A stretch of DNA of 64,000 nucleotides. Source: Candidatus Latescibacterota bacterium. Its GTDB lineage: Bacteria > Latescibacterota > UBA2968. The position numbers and the translations under genes were made by a program. The DNA lies in the NCBI GenBank assembly GCA_965204745.1, contig OZ242010.1:4544001-4608000 (forward strand). Direction: 5' to 3'. Below are positions 39,201 through 48,746 of the stretch, piece after piece. The notes beneath the pieces are model-generated. The model did no database searches. It was not told the DNA's origin and saw nothing but the letters and a program-made list of their open reading frames with translations. Position 1 is the stretch's first letter. Each line of letters opens with the position of its first letter.

Positions 39201-41527
39201 CGGTCACCAATACCGGTTCCGGTGCCATCACCGCCGGTGGCCTGATCGGTTGGTCCTATGGCCTGGTCAGCGTCAGCTACGCGACCGGGAATGTCACCGG
39301 TGCCGGCGCCGGCAGATTGGGCGGCCTGATCGGGGTGATGGAAGGTTCCAGCTTCGCCAGCTACGCGACCGGGAACGTTTCTGGTAGTGGCACCGGCACC
39401 GGTGGCACCGAAGGAGAAAGCCATAGAATGGGCGGCCTGATCGGGCAGGTAGAACTCGGTAGTGGCGAATACCTGCGCGCCAGCTACGCGACCGGGAACG
39501 TTTCCGGGAGCGGCACCGGCGTCAAAGCGGGCGGTCTGATAGGCCGCGTGACCGTCGCTGACATCAACTCGATAACCGCTGTCTATGCTATCGGTGCTGT
39601 TTCCAACACCAGCACCGGCACCACAGCCACCGGCGGCCTGGCGGCAGAAGAGGTGGGGGCAATCACGTCGATAATAGCCAACAGCTACTGGGACACCCAA
39701 ACCACCGGGCAGGACACCACCGCTGGAGCCAGCAGTGGCACCAGGGGTCAAACCACCAGCGCACTCCAAACCCCCACAGGCTATACCGGCATCTACACCA
39801 CCTGGAACCAGAATCTGGACGGGCAAGCGGGCAACGACGATCCGTGGAACTTTGGCGCGGCGGATCAGTATCCCGTGTTGAAGTATGGCGGCCTGGACGC
39901 CACCGCGCAATTTGCGATGCAACTGGGCATACCGACGGGTGTGGCAGTGATGGCCAATGCGGACACCTTAGTCGTGCGCTGGCGTTCGGTGAGTGGTGCG
40001 ACGGGGTACGCAGTGCAGTGGAAATCCGGCATGCAGAGCTACGCCGCCTCGCGTGAGGCCGCCACCACGGCTACGCTCTACAAGATTCCCAACTTGACGC
40101 CGGGGACGACCTACACAATACGTGTCAGTGCCACCAGGGCCGGTGCTCGCGGCACACCTTCGGTCGAGGTCATGGGCGTCCCAGAGGAGCCCCGAGGGGC
40201 AGGGCAAGAACCGGAACCGGAACCCGAACCGGATCCGGATACGGAGCCGTCCTTCACCGAGGCGGTTGATCCGCAAAGCTATTGGCAAGACAAGGCCATT
40301 GAACCGCTGACCTTGCCCGTGGCAACAGATGGCAATGGGGACCTAACCTACAGCCTGACGGGTCTGCCCGAGGGGTTGACCTTTGACGCCGAGACGCGCA
40401 TCGTGTCTGGCACACCACTCGAGGCGGTAGAAAAAGCGATCTACACCCTGACCGTCACAGATGAAGATGGCGATGAGGCCGCCCTGAGTTTCTTCCTCAC
40501 CGTCGTTGCGAACCTGTTGCCCTCCTTTGGCGATGCGAGTGTGGATACACTGGCCTATACGCGGAAGCAAGAGATCGAATCCTTGACCCTCCCGCAAGTG
40601 ACCGGTGGCGATGCCCCGCTGACCTACGCATTGACCCCCGATCTGCCCGAGGGCTTGCGCTTCGATGGCGCGACCCGGGTGCTGTCTGGCACACCGCTCA
40701 AGGCAACGGACGAAACGACCTATACGCTGACCGCCACAGACAGCGATGGCGACGAGGCCACCCTGATGTTCACCCTCTCTGTGATAGCTGATCCGATGCC
40801 GACCTTCGGCGATACGGCCGTCGCCGCACGGGTCTATATGCAACATCGAGAGATCGATCCCCTGACGCTCCCGCAAGCGACCAGTGGCGATGCCCCGCTG
40901 ACCTACGCGCTGTCCCCGGTTCTGCCCGAGGGCTTGACCTTTGACGCCGAAACGCGAGTGCTGTCTGGCACACCGATCAAGGCCATGGATGAGACGACCT
41001 ACACGTTGACCGCCACAGATGGCAATGGCGATGAAGTGCCTCTCATGTTCACCCTTGAAGTCCCGGACCTGATGCCTGCCTTTGGCGATACGACTATCGC
41101 CGCACAAAGCTATCTCGTCAATCAAGAGATCGCGTCCCTAACGCTCCCGCAAGCGTCCGGTGGCGATGGAATGTTGGTCTATATCCTGCTCCCATTCCTC
41201 CCAGATGGCCTATCGTTTGACCCGACCACGCGCACTCTTTCCGGTATGCCGACCGAGGCGAAGGCCCAGGCGACCTACACCTTGAGCGCGTTAGACGCCG
41301 ATGGCGATGTGGCCTCGCTACCCTTCACGCTCGAAGTCTCACTCCCCTCGCCCGACCTCAATGGCGATGGGGTTGTGAATTTCGCCGACTTCTTGACCTT
41401 TGCCAGCAAGTTCGGCTCGCGACTCGGCCAGGAGCGATACGACGCCCGGTGCGATCTCAATGGCGATAGTCAAATTGACTTTGACGACTTCCTCATCTTC
41501 GCCGCCGACTTTGGCTCATCAGGCTGA
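36245..41527 (+). CDS. Giant surface protein: extended signal peptide, 3 GLUG-motif modules, FN3, Ig-like (He_PIG) repeats, C-terminal EF-hand/dockerin-like
   Basis: GGAGGG SD; SGPAFAQ cleavage site; AQLNAIRWDLNGDG modules; GGLVG/GGLIG; LPEGLTFDAETR; DLNGDGVVNFADFL. Confidence 0.85.
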   Translation: MLTAIFRRCSNLFGGHRSPAKRGVHVAHPRLGVPFYFIANQSVLLAMVALVLLMASGPAFAQTDYDTDNDNLIDINNLAQLNAIRWDLNGDGAIDASASTADTTAYNTAFSNAMSGMGCPATCTGYELMSNLDFDENSDNEITAADATYWNSGTGWDPIARDPSGQRFATTLKGNGHTIDNLFINRSSNNQGLFAAVENGARIESLGITNASVTASEYVGILTANNYGEIVACYTTGAISASNFAGGLAGFHHSDAGTAATITTSYSTASVTSGANGGGLVGRSSQVAGATTTIINSYSTGAVSTGGGLIGSNNLGTTTASYWDTSTSGRATSALGTGYATAALQGPTDYTGIYTAWNANIDGQAGNDDPWAFGTAYQYPVLKYASMDTAVQFAAQPVRYDTDSDGLIEVSSLAQLNAIRWDLNGDGAIDTSATTSDTTAYNTAFPRRDSRSGSRMGCPSGCTGYELMNNLDFDENSDNAITAADATYWNSGTGWDPIARDPAGQQFETTLKGNGHTIDNLFINRSSNNQGLFAAVGNGGRIEALGVTNASVTASEYVGILSGNNYGEIVACYTTGSITGTNFIGGLAGLQSGRTGAPATITTSYSTASVTSNAANVGGLVGRTFQAAGSSSTIINSYSTGAVSSTGGGLIGSNNSGTATASYWDTTTSGRATSALGTGYATADLQAPTDYTGIYTAWNANIDGQAGNDDPWNFGTAYQYPVLKYDGMDTAVQFAAQPVRYDTDSDGLIEVSSLAQLNAMRWDLNGDGAIDASASTSDTTAYNTAFPRRDSRSGSRMGCPSACTGYELMNNLDFNTDGSYPNWTGIGVAASGAATAFSATFDGNDNTISNLSINSSTSTATGGGFIGLFGDVSGTIRDVGLLDVNITNTRTSTASSNNFGRTGALAGRLSSGGTVRGSYVAGGSVTHTTSSTSFGSLGCLLGYSEGTVRDSYATCNATGANNNTLSIGGLIGETQGTVDSTYATGTVTNTGSGAITAGGLIGWSYGLVSVSYATGNVTGAGAGRLGGLIGVMEGSSFASYATGNVSGSGTGTGGTEGESHRMGGLIGQVELGSGEYLRASYATGNVSGSGTGVKAGGLIGRVTVADINSITAVYAIGAVSNTSTGTTATGGLAAEEVGAITSIIANSYWDTQTTGQDTTAGASSGTRGQTTSALQTPTGYTGIYTTWNQNLDGQAGNDDPWNFGAADQYPVLKYGGLDATAQFAMQLGIPTGVAVMANADTLVVRWRSVSGATGYAVQWKSGMQSYAASREAATTATLYKIPNLTPGTTYTIRVSATRAGARGTPSVEVMGVPEEPRGAGQEPEPEPEPDPDTEPSFTEAVDPQSYWQDKAIEPLTLPVATDGNGDLTYSLTGLPEGLTFDAETRIVSGTPLEAVEKAIYTLTVTDEDGDEAALSFFLTVVANLLPSFGDASVDTLAYTRKQEIESLTLPQVTGGDAPLTYALTPDLPEGLRFDGATRVLSGTPLKATDETTYTLTATDSDGDEATLMFTLSVIADPMPTFGDTAVAARVYMQHREIDPLTLPQATSGDAPLTYALSPVLPEGLTFDAETRVLSGTPIKAMDETTYTLTATDGNGDEVPLMFTLEVPDLMPAFGDTTIAAQSYLVNQEIASLTLPQASGGDGMLVYILLPFLPDGLSFDPTTRTLSGMPTEAKAQATYTLSALDADGDVASLPFTLEVSLPSPDLNGDGVVNFADFLTFASKFGSRLGQERYDARCDLNGDSQIDFDDFLIFAADFGSSG

Positions 41528-41593
41528 CAACTGCGAAAGACGCGAAAGGAAAAAGTAAAGCCCGGGTTCACAGTGAACTCGGGCTTTACTTCT

Positions 41594-42360
41594 GGACCTA
41601 CCCCCCTGGCCCCGTTACTCGCTACGCTTCGTTGTAGGCTACGCCTGTGCCTGCGAGGAAGGGGGGAACGGTGAGCGGTTTTGCGAGGTGGGACCTACCC
41701 CCTGGCCCCCTTCCTAAGAGGAAGGGGGAATGGTGAGAGGTCTTCCGAGGGGAATGGCGATAGGTTTTTGGGGGTTCATGGCGTGATCCATTCGCCCAAA
41801 GCCATCAGAACAGCCAGGGATACAAACCTTTCAGAAAGCCATGCGCTCCCCCTTTCCTTGTAGGAAAGGGGGCCGGGGGGATAGGTTTTGCGAGGTGGGA
41901 CCTACCCCCTGGCCCCCTTCCTGCGAGGAAGGGGGAACTGTAAGCGGTTTTGCGAGGGGAATGGCGATGGGTCTTGCGAGGGATTTGCGCGGGGGAGAGT
42001 TGGGTTTCTATGGCGTGATCCATTCGCCCAAAGCCATCAGAACAAGCATAGATATAAGCCATCAAAGGAACTCTACTCCCCTTTCCTAGTAGGAAAGGGG
42101 CCGGGGGATAGGTCCCAAACGCCATCAAAACAGCTAGGGATCCAAACCTTCAAGAAAGCCATGCGCTCCCCCTTTTCTCGTAGGCACAGGCGTAGCCTAC
42201 AATGAGCGAAGCGAATAACGGGGGCCGGGGGGATAGGTCTCTATGGCGGCAGGGGATGCGAAGGACACAGTGCAGGGAAAGGACGAAGCGGCGGTAGGGA
42301 TGTGTGGGGTAATCCGCGCAATCCGCGTAATCCGTTTAATCCGCGATTCAGACACGCACG
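41594..42360. repeat. Array of several REPIN-like elements and AATCCGCG-type repeats
   Basis: Multiple GGACCTACCCCCTGGCCCCCTTCCT-AGGAAGGGG hairpins and repeated cores. Confidence 0.85.
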
Positions 42361-42432
42361 GGCGGTTGAGTGGAGCGGTGAGCTCTCGCCCTTCTGTTTC
42401 TCTCGTTCCCATCTCGCCCTTCATCTATTCTT

Positions 42433-43452
42433 TCATCCCCATGGTTTCAAAACGACCTTTGCACACGCGCCTGTGGTTTGCAATTCCCAGGCTTTTTGAA
42501 CGTCGTCCAGTGAAAACATGTGTGAAATCAGCCGGTCCAATTTGTCTGCATTTGCGCGGACGACCTGCATCAACTTGGGCATGTCTTGCAAATTGTAATG
42601 CCATGATCCGACGAGCGTAATCCCTTTGCGGATCATATCTCGGCTGATACGCAGGGGCGTGTCTTCCCCGCATTCGCCCACAAATGCCACTTGCCCGCGC
42701 CGTCTCACCGCGTCGATGCACAGCCGATGCGCGGGCACTGCGCCCGAGCAATCCACAGCCGCATCCACGCCGACCCCGTCCGTCAAGTCCATAACTCGTT
42801 GCAACGCCTGATCATCTGCGGGATCGATCACCTCGTCCGCGCCCAATGCAAGGGCTTTCTCGCGCCGCCACGGATTGATATCCACGGCGATCACGCGCGC
42901 GCCTCGGTGCTTGCCATTGATCACGCCCCCAAGGCCCACAGGCCCTAAGCCCGTCACCATCAACGTATCAAACGCCCCTATCCCCATGCGCTGTGCCGCG
43001 CCAAAGGTGGGGCCTAAACCGCAACAGGCCATCCCCCCGTGTGCGTAGGAAACATCATCCGGCAGTTTGGGCAACAACCAGTCCGGCTTTAACAGATATT
43101 GCGCCATCGTGGCTCGGCCCTCGGCACTACCCGTAAATTGGTCAAACGCGACATTGTGCTGGCAATGGATGTAATCGCCACGGATGCACAGGGCACAGAC
43201 CCCGCACGGATATTGCGGCATCACCGCCACGCGGTCGCCCACCGCCACGCGCACGGGTTGGGCAGTTTCGACCACTTCCCCTGCGGCTTCGTGCCCCAAC
43301 GAGGTCGTCGCCCTGCCATTCGCAAAGCCCTTGTACTCGGTACACATCGGCGCGGCGTGAACTTTGACCAACACCCAATTCTCTTTTGGCTTCGGCTCTG
43401 GGACGTCGATCACACCGCCCTCGCGCTCCCCAAAAATTGCAGCGACTCTCAT
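42433..43452 (-). CDS. Zinc-binding alcohol dehydrogenase family
   Basis: MCTE, LGHEAAGEV, CGVCALC...C, GLGPVGL; GGAGGT SD. Confidence 0.9.
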   Translation of the reverse strand: MRVAAIFGEREGGVIDVPEPKPKENWVLVKVHAAPMCTEYKGFANGRATTSLGHEAAGEVVETAQPVRVAVGDRVAVMPQYPCGVCALCIRGDYIHCQHNVAFDQFTGSAEGRATMAQYLLKPDWLLPKLPDDVSYAHGGMACCGLGPTFGAAQRMGIGAFDTLMVTGLGPVGLGGVINGKHRGARVIAVDINPWRREKALALGADEVIDPADDQALQRVMDLTDGVGVDAAVDCSGAVPAHRLCIDAVRRRGQVAFVGECGEDTPLRISRDMIRKGITLVGSWHYNLQDMPKLMQVVRANADKLDRLISHMFSLDDVQKAWELQTTGACAKVVLKPWG

Positions 43453-43589
43453 TTGCCACCTCCCAAATAAAGTTGACAGGGTTCGGACATCGGTATTCAT
43501 TCAGACGAATCAGGCGTAATGGGCGGGGACTGATAACTGACAACTGCCTCTCCCCTCTTGCCTCTCCCCTCTTGTATCTTGGAAGTAAG

Positions 43590-43790
43590 GGTTAATTAGG
43601 AGTTGCGCCCTCGTATCGAGATAAGCCATCTTGATGCCCGGCTCGGGGAAGGCCGGCCCCTCTTGAAGGCGATGACCTTGTAGGTAAGATAGGCCCCCCG
43701 ACCGCCGGGTCTATGCCGAAGAGTATCTAAGCCCCTTGAGGCTGCATATACAAGACCGGTAGACTTGGCGTCAATGGTCGGGACGCGACC
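43590..43790 (+). ncRNA. IS110 bridge RNA (target- and donor-binding loops)
   Basis: Guides CCCCTCTT 43657-64, AGGTAAGA 43682-89, AGAGTATCT 43720-28, ATACAAGA 43748-55 within GGCC/GGCC and GTCTA/TAGAC closing stems. 5'/3' limits are approximate. Confidence 0.8.
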
Positions 43791-43839
43791 CCGAGCGCGC
43801 ACCAGATCCCTTACAACCCCCTCATCACAGGAGGCCCCC

Positions 43840-44847
43840 ATGTCGAAATCTCACCCCGCTTTTGCCGGCATTGATGTCAGTGCCCGCACGTTGTCCGTTG
43901 CCCTGTCCAGACCCGGACAAGCTGTCATGCAAGCGACCTTTGCCAATGATCCCCAAGCGCATAAGCGGTTGCTGAAGTGGCTCACGAAGGGCGGGCACAT
44001 GGTCTCTGTGTGCCTCGAAGCGACCGGGCTTTACAGTTTGGGGGTGGCCTTGGCCTTGCATCGGCATCGCCACACAAAGGTCATGGTCGTCAATCCCAAA
44101 GCGATGAGCAAGTACGCCCAAGCCTGCATGCAACGGGCGAAGACGGATGCGAAGGATGCGTTGTTGATCCTCGACTATGCCGAGCGCATGCCTTTTGTGC
44201 CTTGGCAAGCGCCGAGCGAGCAACGGCTTCAACTGCAAGCCCTCACCAGACGCATTGACCAACTCAAGCAGGAGATCATCCGCGAACAGAGCCGCAACCA
44301 CGCGCAGAGCTACCACATCCGCAGCACACGTCTCATCGCACGCGATATTCAGGTGAATATTCGACACTTCAAACGCCGGATTGCATACTTGGAAAGCCAA
44401 GCCCTCGATCTCGTTTTGCACGATGAGCCCCTCAAGCGTGCCTACCAACGCCTCTGCTCGACGCCTGGCATCGCGCAAACGAGTGCCTTGCGGCTCTTGG
44501 CCGAGTTGACCCTTTTGCCAGAGGAGATGCAACCGCCCCAGTGGGTCGCACATGCAGGCCTGGATCCCAAACCCAAACAATCCGGAACCGCCAATCCACA
44601 AAGACGCATCTCGAAAACCGGGAATAAGTACCTCCGCCATGCCCTCTATATGCCTGCCTGGGTGGCCATCAGACACGAAGGCCATGTCAAAGCCTTCTAT
44701 GACCAACTCATCGCCCGCGGCAAGAAACCTTTGCAGGCTATCGTTGCGGTGATGCGAAAGTTGCTCCATTCGATCTGGGGCATGTTGCGCCATGACCAAG
44801 ATTTTGAGGGCGAAAAATTCTATCGAATCACCCCGAAAACCCCTTGA
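43840..44847 (+). CDS. IS110 family DEDD recombinase/transposase
   Basis: GIDVSA, CLEATG, KTDAKDA, PGIAQ, AGLDPKPKQSG, SKTGNKYLRHALY, AVMRKL; AGGAGG SD. Confidence 0.97.
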   Translation: MSKSHPAFAGIDVSARTLSVALSRPGQAVMQATFANDPQAHKRLLKWLTKGGHMVSVCLEATGLYSLGVALALHRHRHTKVMVVNPKAMSKYAQACMQRAKTDAKDALLILDYAERMPFVPWQAPSEQRLQLQALTRRIDQLKQEIIREQSRNHAQSYHIRSTRLIARDIQVNIRHFKRRIAYLESQALDLVLHDEPLKRAYQRLCSTPGIAQTSALRLLAELTLLPEEMQPPQWVAHAGLDPKPKQSGTANPQRRISKTGNKYLRHALYMPAWVAIRHEGHVKAFYDQLIARGKKPLQAIVAVMRKLLHSIWGMLRHDQDFEGEKFYRITPKTP

Positions 44848-44910
44848 CCTTTTAAGAGAGTATCTTACCTTTTTGCCTTTCACTTCTCGAAAAAACAAGG
44901 GAAGCCCAAC

Positions 44911-45993
44911 ATGAAAAAACCCATCCGCATGGCGATAGTTGGCGTGGGGCGCATTGGCGTGTTTCACGCTCGGCACGTTCAAGAACTCGCCCGCGAGACC
45001 GGGCAGTGCGAACTCGTGGCCGTGGCGGACACTTATGCTGACACGGCTGTGCGCGTCGTTGCCGAACTTCAGGCCGATCAGGAAGTCGAAATTCGCGCTT
45101 TCAAGAACGTGTTTGACCTCGCGGCGGCGAACCTCATTGACGCGGCGTTTATCGCGTCTCGCACCGAAGACCATGAACGCGATGCGCGAACCCTCATCGA
45201 CGCGGGTTGCCGCGTGCTCTTGGAAAAACCATTGACCGATTCGCTCGCATCTGCCCGAGCATTTATCGCGGACCTCAACCGCGATGCCACGCGCAAGAAC
45301 GCGCTGATGCTGGCTTTTATGCGCCGCTATGACCCCCCGTTGCTCAAAGTCAAAGCGCTGATCGACCAAAACGCCATTGGCAAAATTTTCAAAATCGTCT
45401 CGGTTCTCGAAGACCCGATTCCACCGCCCGAGGGTTACAACAGCGCGGGCTTGCTCAGCGACATGGCGGTTCACAACTGCGACGAAATCCTCTGGCTACT
45501 CGGTTGCCCCATGCCCGAATACGTGGCCGCGTTTGGGTCCAATCTTTACAACAGCACCATCAGCACGGTTCCAGAAGATTACGACGACGCGTTTTTGCAG
45601 ATGTGGTTCCCCGGGCACTTGATCGGTCAAGTCTCGGTCAGCCGCAATCACGTCGCGGGATATCGCAACGCCACTTGGGTCTATGGCGATCAAGGGGTGA
45701 TTCACGTCGGCCACTTTCGGGAAAACCCGCTCGCGGTCACAGTCGAAGCCTACGGTCGCAATGGCATCATCCACGAGGAAACCATCGCCCTGCGCGACTA
45801 CGGCTCGGATGTGCCCGTGTTCATCACCCGATTCGGCGAATCCTACAAAAACGAACTCGCGGATTTCATCACCCACTGCATCGCCGACACCCCATTCAGC
45901 GTCACGCACGAAGACGGGTACAAAGCCATGAAAATCGCCATGATCGGCGGCGAATCAATACGTCCGAAAGAGGCCGCGCAAAAGATAGCGTAA
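44911..45993 (+). CDS. Gfo/Idh/MocA oxidoreductase (inositol 2-dehydrogenase-like)
   Basis: GVGRIG, LLEKPL, AFMRRYDP, DMAVHNCD. Confidence 0.88.
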   Translation: MKKPIRMAIVGVGRIGVFHARHVQELARETGQCELVAVADTYADTAVRVVAELQADQEVEIRAFKNVFDLAAANLIDAAFIASRTEDHERDARTLIDAGCRVLLEKPLTDSLASARAFIADLNRDATRKNALMLAFMRRYDPPLLKVKALIDQNAIGKIFKIVSVLEDPIPPPEGYNSAGLLSDMAVHNCDEILWLLGCPMPEYVAAFGSNLYNSTISTVPEDYDDAFLQMWFPGHLIGQVSVSRNHVAGYRNATWVYGDQGVIHVGHFRENPLAVTVEAYGRNGIIHEETIALRDYGSDVPVFITRFGESYKNELADFITHCIADTPFSVTHEDGYKAMKIAMIGGESIRPKEAAQKIA

Positions 45994-46149
45994 ATTAGCT
46001 ACCCGTCCCCGCTCCTATTTCTACCGCACTCACGCACACGGCCGGGCGGATGGGCGGCGGGGAACGCACGGGTTGGGGGCTAGGGGGTTAGGTCTCGATG
46101 ATGGAGCGTTCCTTTTGCACCTCGCTCGTGGCTAAATTCGCGCCTCGCC

Positions 46150-47376
46150 TCACTCATATCTGATAGCTTCAACGGGATCCAGCTCTGCGGCGCGTTTTGC
46201 GGGCCAGCGGGTGAATGCGAGGCAGAGCAACAATGCCAGTGCCGAGATGAGGATGAAATCCAGTGCGTTCATCGTCACGGGCAGGGCATTGATGAAATAG
46301 ATGTCGCCGGAAAGTGAAATCGGGGCATAAGTCTTCTGGATCCAGCACAGGCACCCGCCCAACACATTGCCGAACAACACCCCGGCCGCGCCGATCAGCA
46401 GCCCTTCTCGGGAGAAAATTTGTGCGATGCTTTTGGGGGCCGCGCCCATCGCCTTCAAAATGCCAATTTCGCGCCTGCGCTCATTCACTGCCAGCGTCAA
46501 AATGCTGATGACGTTGAACCCCGCGACCACCACAATCAGGCTCAACACCACAAAACTCGCCCATTTTTGCAACCAGATCCACGCGTACAAATTGCCCTGT
46601 GCATACATCCAAGATGTGGGAAACAGGTCGGGATGCGCCGCCTTCAACACCTCGCGCAATTCAGTGCTGACGCGATTGGCTTCAAACGCATGAACCAAGC
46701 GCACTTGAATGCCCGTCGCGTGATCCCCCCACTTCAAATCGCGTTGTGTAGCCGCGAGGGGCACATAGACCAGCGCGGCGTCAAATTCGTAAAATCCCGT
46801 TTCAAAAATGCCGGTCACCGCGTATTGCCGAAGCGGGGGCATAAGGCCCGTGGTCACATCTTTGGGCGCGACCAAGAGGCGAATCGTCGATCCCACCGAA
46901 GCACCCAATTTTTTGGCGAGAGTTTTGCCGATCACCATTCCGAAAATGTCGCCATCCCCGTGCGTCAAGTCCCATATTCCTCGTAGGATCATCTCGCTCG
47001 CAACCCCCGCATTGTCCACCCCCCGAACCAGCACGCCCGATGTCACCGCGCCTATGCCTTTGACTGTCCGCAACACATACCCTTCTGTTTCGATGACGGG
47101 AGTGGCCGAAACCACCTCGGGGTGTTCTGCGATCAGTTGGATGATGGGGGCGTAATTTTCAATGTGGTCGCCATAAGGTCGTTGCACGGTCACATGGGGA
47201 TTCATGCCCACCTGACGATCAAAAATCATGTCCGCGTACCCGTTCATCACAGACAGGGTAATGATCAGCACGGCCACGCCAAGGCCGACGCCGACAATGG
47301 CGATGGCTGAGGTGAGGCCCATTTGCCGGCCCATGCTATACAGGTGCCGGCGCACGATGATCCATTCGTATTTCAT
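46150..47376 (-). CDS. Lipoprotein-releasing ABC transporter permease (LolC/LolE family)
   Basis: GVGLGVAVLIITLSVMNG, GIFETGFYEFD, ERRREIGILKAMGA, PVEAIRYE. Confidence 0.92.
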   Translation of the reverse strand: MKYEWIIVRRHLYSMGRQMGLTSAIAIVGVGLGVAVLIITLSVMNGYADMIFDRQVGMNPHVTVQRPYGDHIENYAPIIQLIAEHPEVVSATPVIETEGYVLRTVKGIGAVTSGVLVRGVDNAGVASEMILRGIWDLTHGDGDIFGMVIGKTLAKKLGASVGSTIRLLVAPKDVTTGLMPPLRQYAVTGIFETGFYEFDAALVYVPLAATQRDLKWGDHATGIQVRLVHAFEANRVSTELREVLKAAHPDLFPTSWMYAQGNLYAWIWLQKWASFVVLSLIVVVAGFNVISILTLAVNERRREIGILKAMGAAPKSIAQIFSREGLLIGAAGVLFGNVLGGCLCWIQKTYAPISLSGDIYFINALPVTMNALDFILISALALLLCLAFTRWPAKRAAELDPVEAIRYE

Positions 47377-47416
47377 GATAGTTGTCAATGCGAATAAAGC
47401 GTTGAATCCATTTATT

Positions 47417-47603
47417 GGGACCTACCCCCCTGGCCCCCCTTCCTGTGAGGAAGGGGGGAATGGCGAGAGGTTGTGCGAGGGGTTTGGGTTTCTAGGGCGT
47501 GATCTATTCGCTCAAAGCCATCAGAACAGCTAGGGAGACAAACCTTCAAAAAGCCATGCGCTCCCCCTTTCCTTGTAGGAAAGGGGGCCGGGGGGATAGG
47601 TCC
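47417..47603. repeat. REPIN-like element
   Basis: GGGACCTACCCCCCTGGCCCCC...GGGGGCCGGGGGGATAGGTCC ends with shared core. Confidence 0.85.
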
Positions 47604-47888
47604 TACGAGGAAGGGGAAGAACATCTCTCGTTGCGGAGAGGCGCCGGATGACTCGTCCATGTCTTTGGGCGATTGGTCTCGGCTTGCTTCTTACTCGCTT
47701 TCTACTCTTAATTCGCATTGTCGGTTGTCAGTTGTCAGTCCGCCCAGCAATTCGCGTGATAAGTTGCCTGCTCGTTGTCCGCATACCGCATTACACGAGG
47801 CCAACAGCTTGGTATCACTGGGCGGGCACGGGGGCCACGGCCCTACGCGCTTACACCCGCAGGGCCATGCCTGTGTTTATCTGTGTTC

Positions 47889-48728
47889 TTATGTGGTTGC
47901 TTCCCACACGCCGCGTTCAAAGCTGCGGGGGAGGAAGCCCAATTCGCGTCTGGATTCGGAGATGTCAAAGGCTCGGTCTTCGTTCATGCGCCGCACTTGA
48001 TCGGCTTGCAGGGGAAAGTTGGGTAGCCATTTTTCGCACAGGCCGACCAGCGGCAGGGCGACAAATAGTGGGATGTGAATTTTCAGCACCAACCGCTCGG
48101 CCACCTGCGCCAGTGTGTCGATCATGTCGCAATACGTCATGGGTTGGGGGCCAGCCAGCGTATAGGCTTTGCCAATCGCGCCTGTTCGCCAGAGCGCGCT
48201 TATGACCGCGGTTGCCACATCTTCCACATAGACCGGTTGCACCAGATTGTCGCCCGTGCCGAAAATGGGCATCAGGCGGTGGCGGTTCAAAAACGCATAG
48301 AGCCGCGACAAATTGCGATCATCCCCAGGCCCGTAAATCATGGACGGCCGCAACAGGGTATAGTCCAAATCAGATGAGATGACAGCCTCTTCCCCTGCGA
48401 TGACCGCACCTACGCTGTCGGCATTGACCTTTGAAAACCGCCTCGCTGAACTGAAGAACACAGCGCGTTTGACGCCCGCTTTGGAACAGGCATCGACGAG
48501 TTGTGGGGCAAACCGAATGTGTGCCACGCTGATCGCCGAGGTGCATCCAGCAAGCGCGTCGACAAACGACTCGGGGCGTTCCAAATCGCCTTTGTGGAAA
48601 GACACGCCATCCGATTCGCACTTCGGGAGATCGCGCCGCACCAAGCAACGTGCGTGTTCGCCGGCCCTTAAAAGGGCGTCCAAGACAAATTGACCGGTAT
48701 AGCCGGTCGCGCCGGTGAGAAAAATCAT
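47889..48728 (-). CDS. NAD-dependent epimerase/dehydratase (atypical SDR)
   Basis: TGATGYTG, LRPSMIYG, QPVYVEDVA. Confidence 0.88.
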   Translation of the reverse strand: MIFLTGATGYTGQFVLDALLRAGEHARCLVRRDLPKCESDGVSFHKGDLERPESFVDALAGCTSAISVAHIRFAPQLVDACSKAGVKRAVFFSSARRFSKVNADSVGAVIAGEEAVISSDLDYTLLRPSMIYGPGDDRNLSRLYAFLNRHRLMPIFGTGDNLVQPVYVEDVATAVISALWRTGAIGKAYTLAGPQPMTYCDMIDTLAQVAERLVLKIHIPLFVALPLVGLCEKWLPNFPLQADQVRRMNEDRAFDISESRRELGFLPRSFERGVWEATT

Positions 48729-48746
48729 GGGAGTCAGTGGTCAGTA

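Larger units (their letters stand above)
43571..44864 (+). mobile_element. Complete IS110-family element with CT core (TCTT shared at both junctions)
   Basis: No TIRs; TCTT at 43570-43573 and 44862-44865. Removal restores heptamer repeat CCTCTCCCCTCTTACCTTTTTGCC; guides in the left end match both junctions. Confidence 0.88.

Noticed and set aside
43574-43580. GTATCTT as a 7-bp target-site duplication of the IS110 element
   Set aside because: The guides, the junction-promoter spacing and the restored heptamer all place the boundary at the upstream TCTT; IS110 elements do not make classical TSDs.
43825-45474. 549-aa minus-strand ORF (likewise 17089-18447, 4580-5737, 30071-31243)
   Set aside because: Antisense to clearly recognisable genes, no motifs; typical of GC-rich codon bias.
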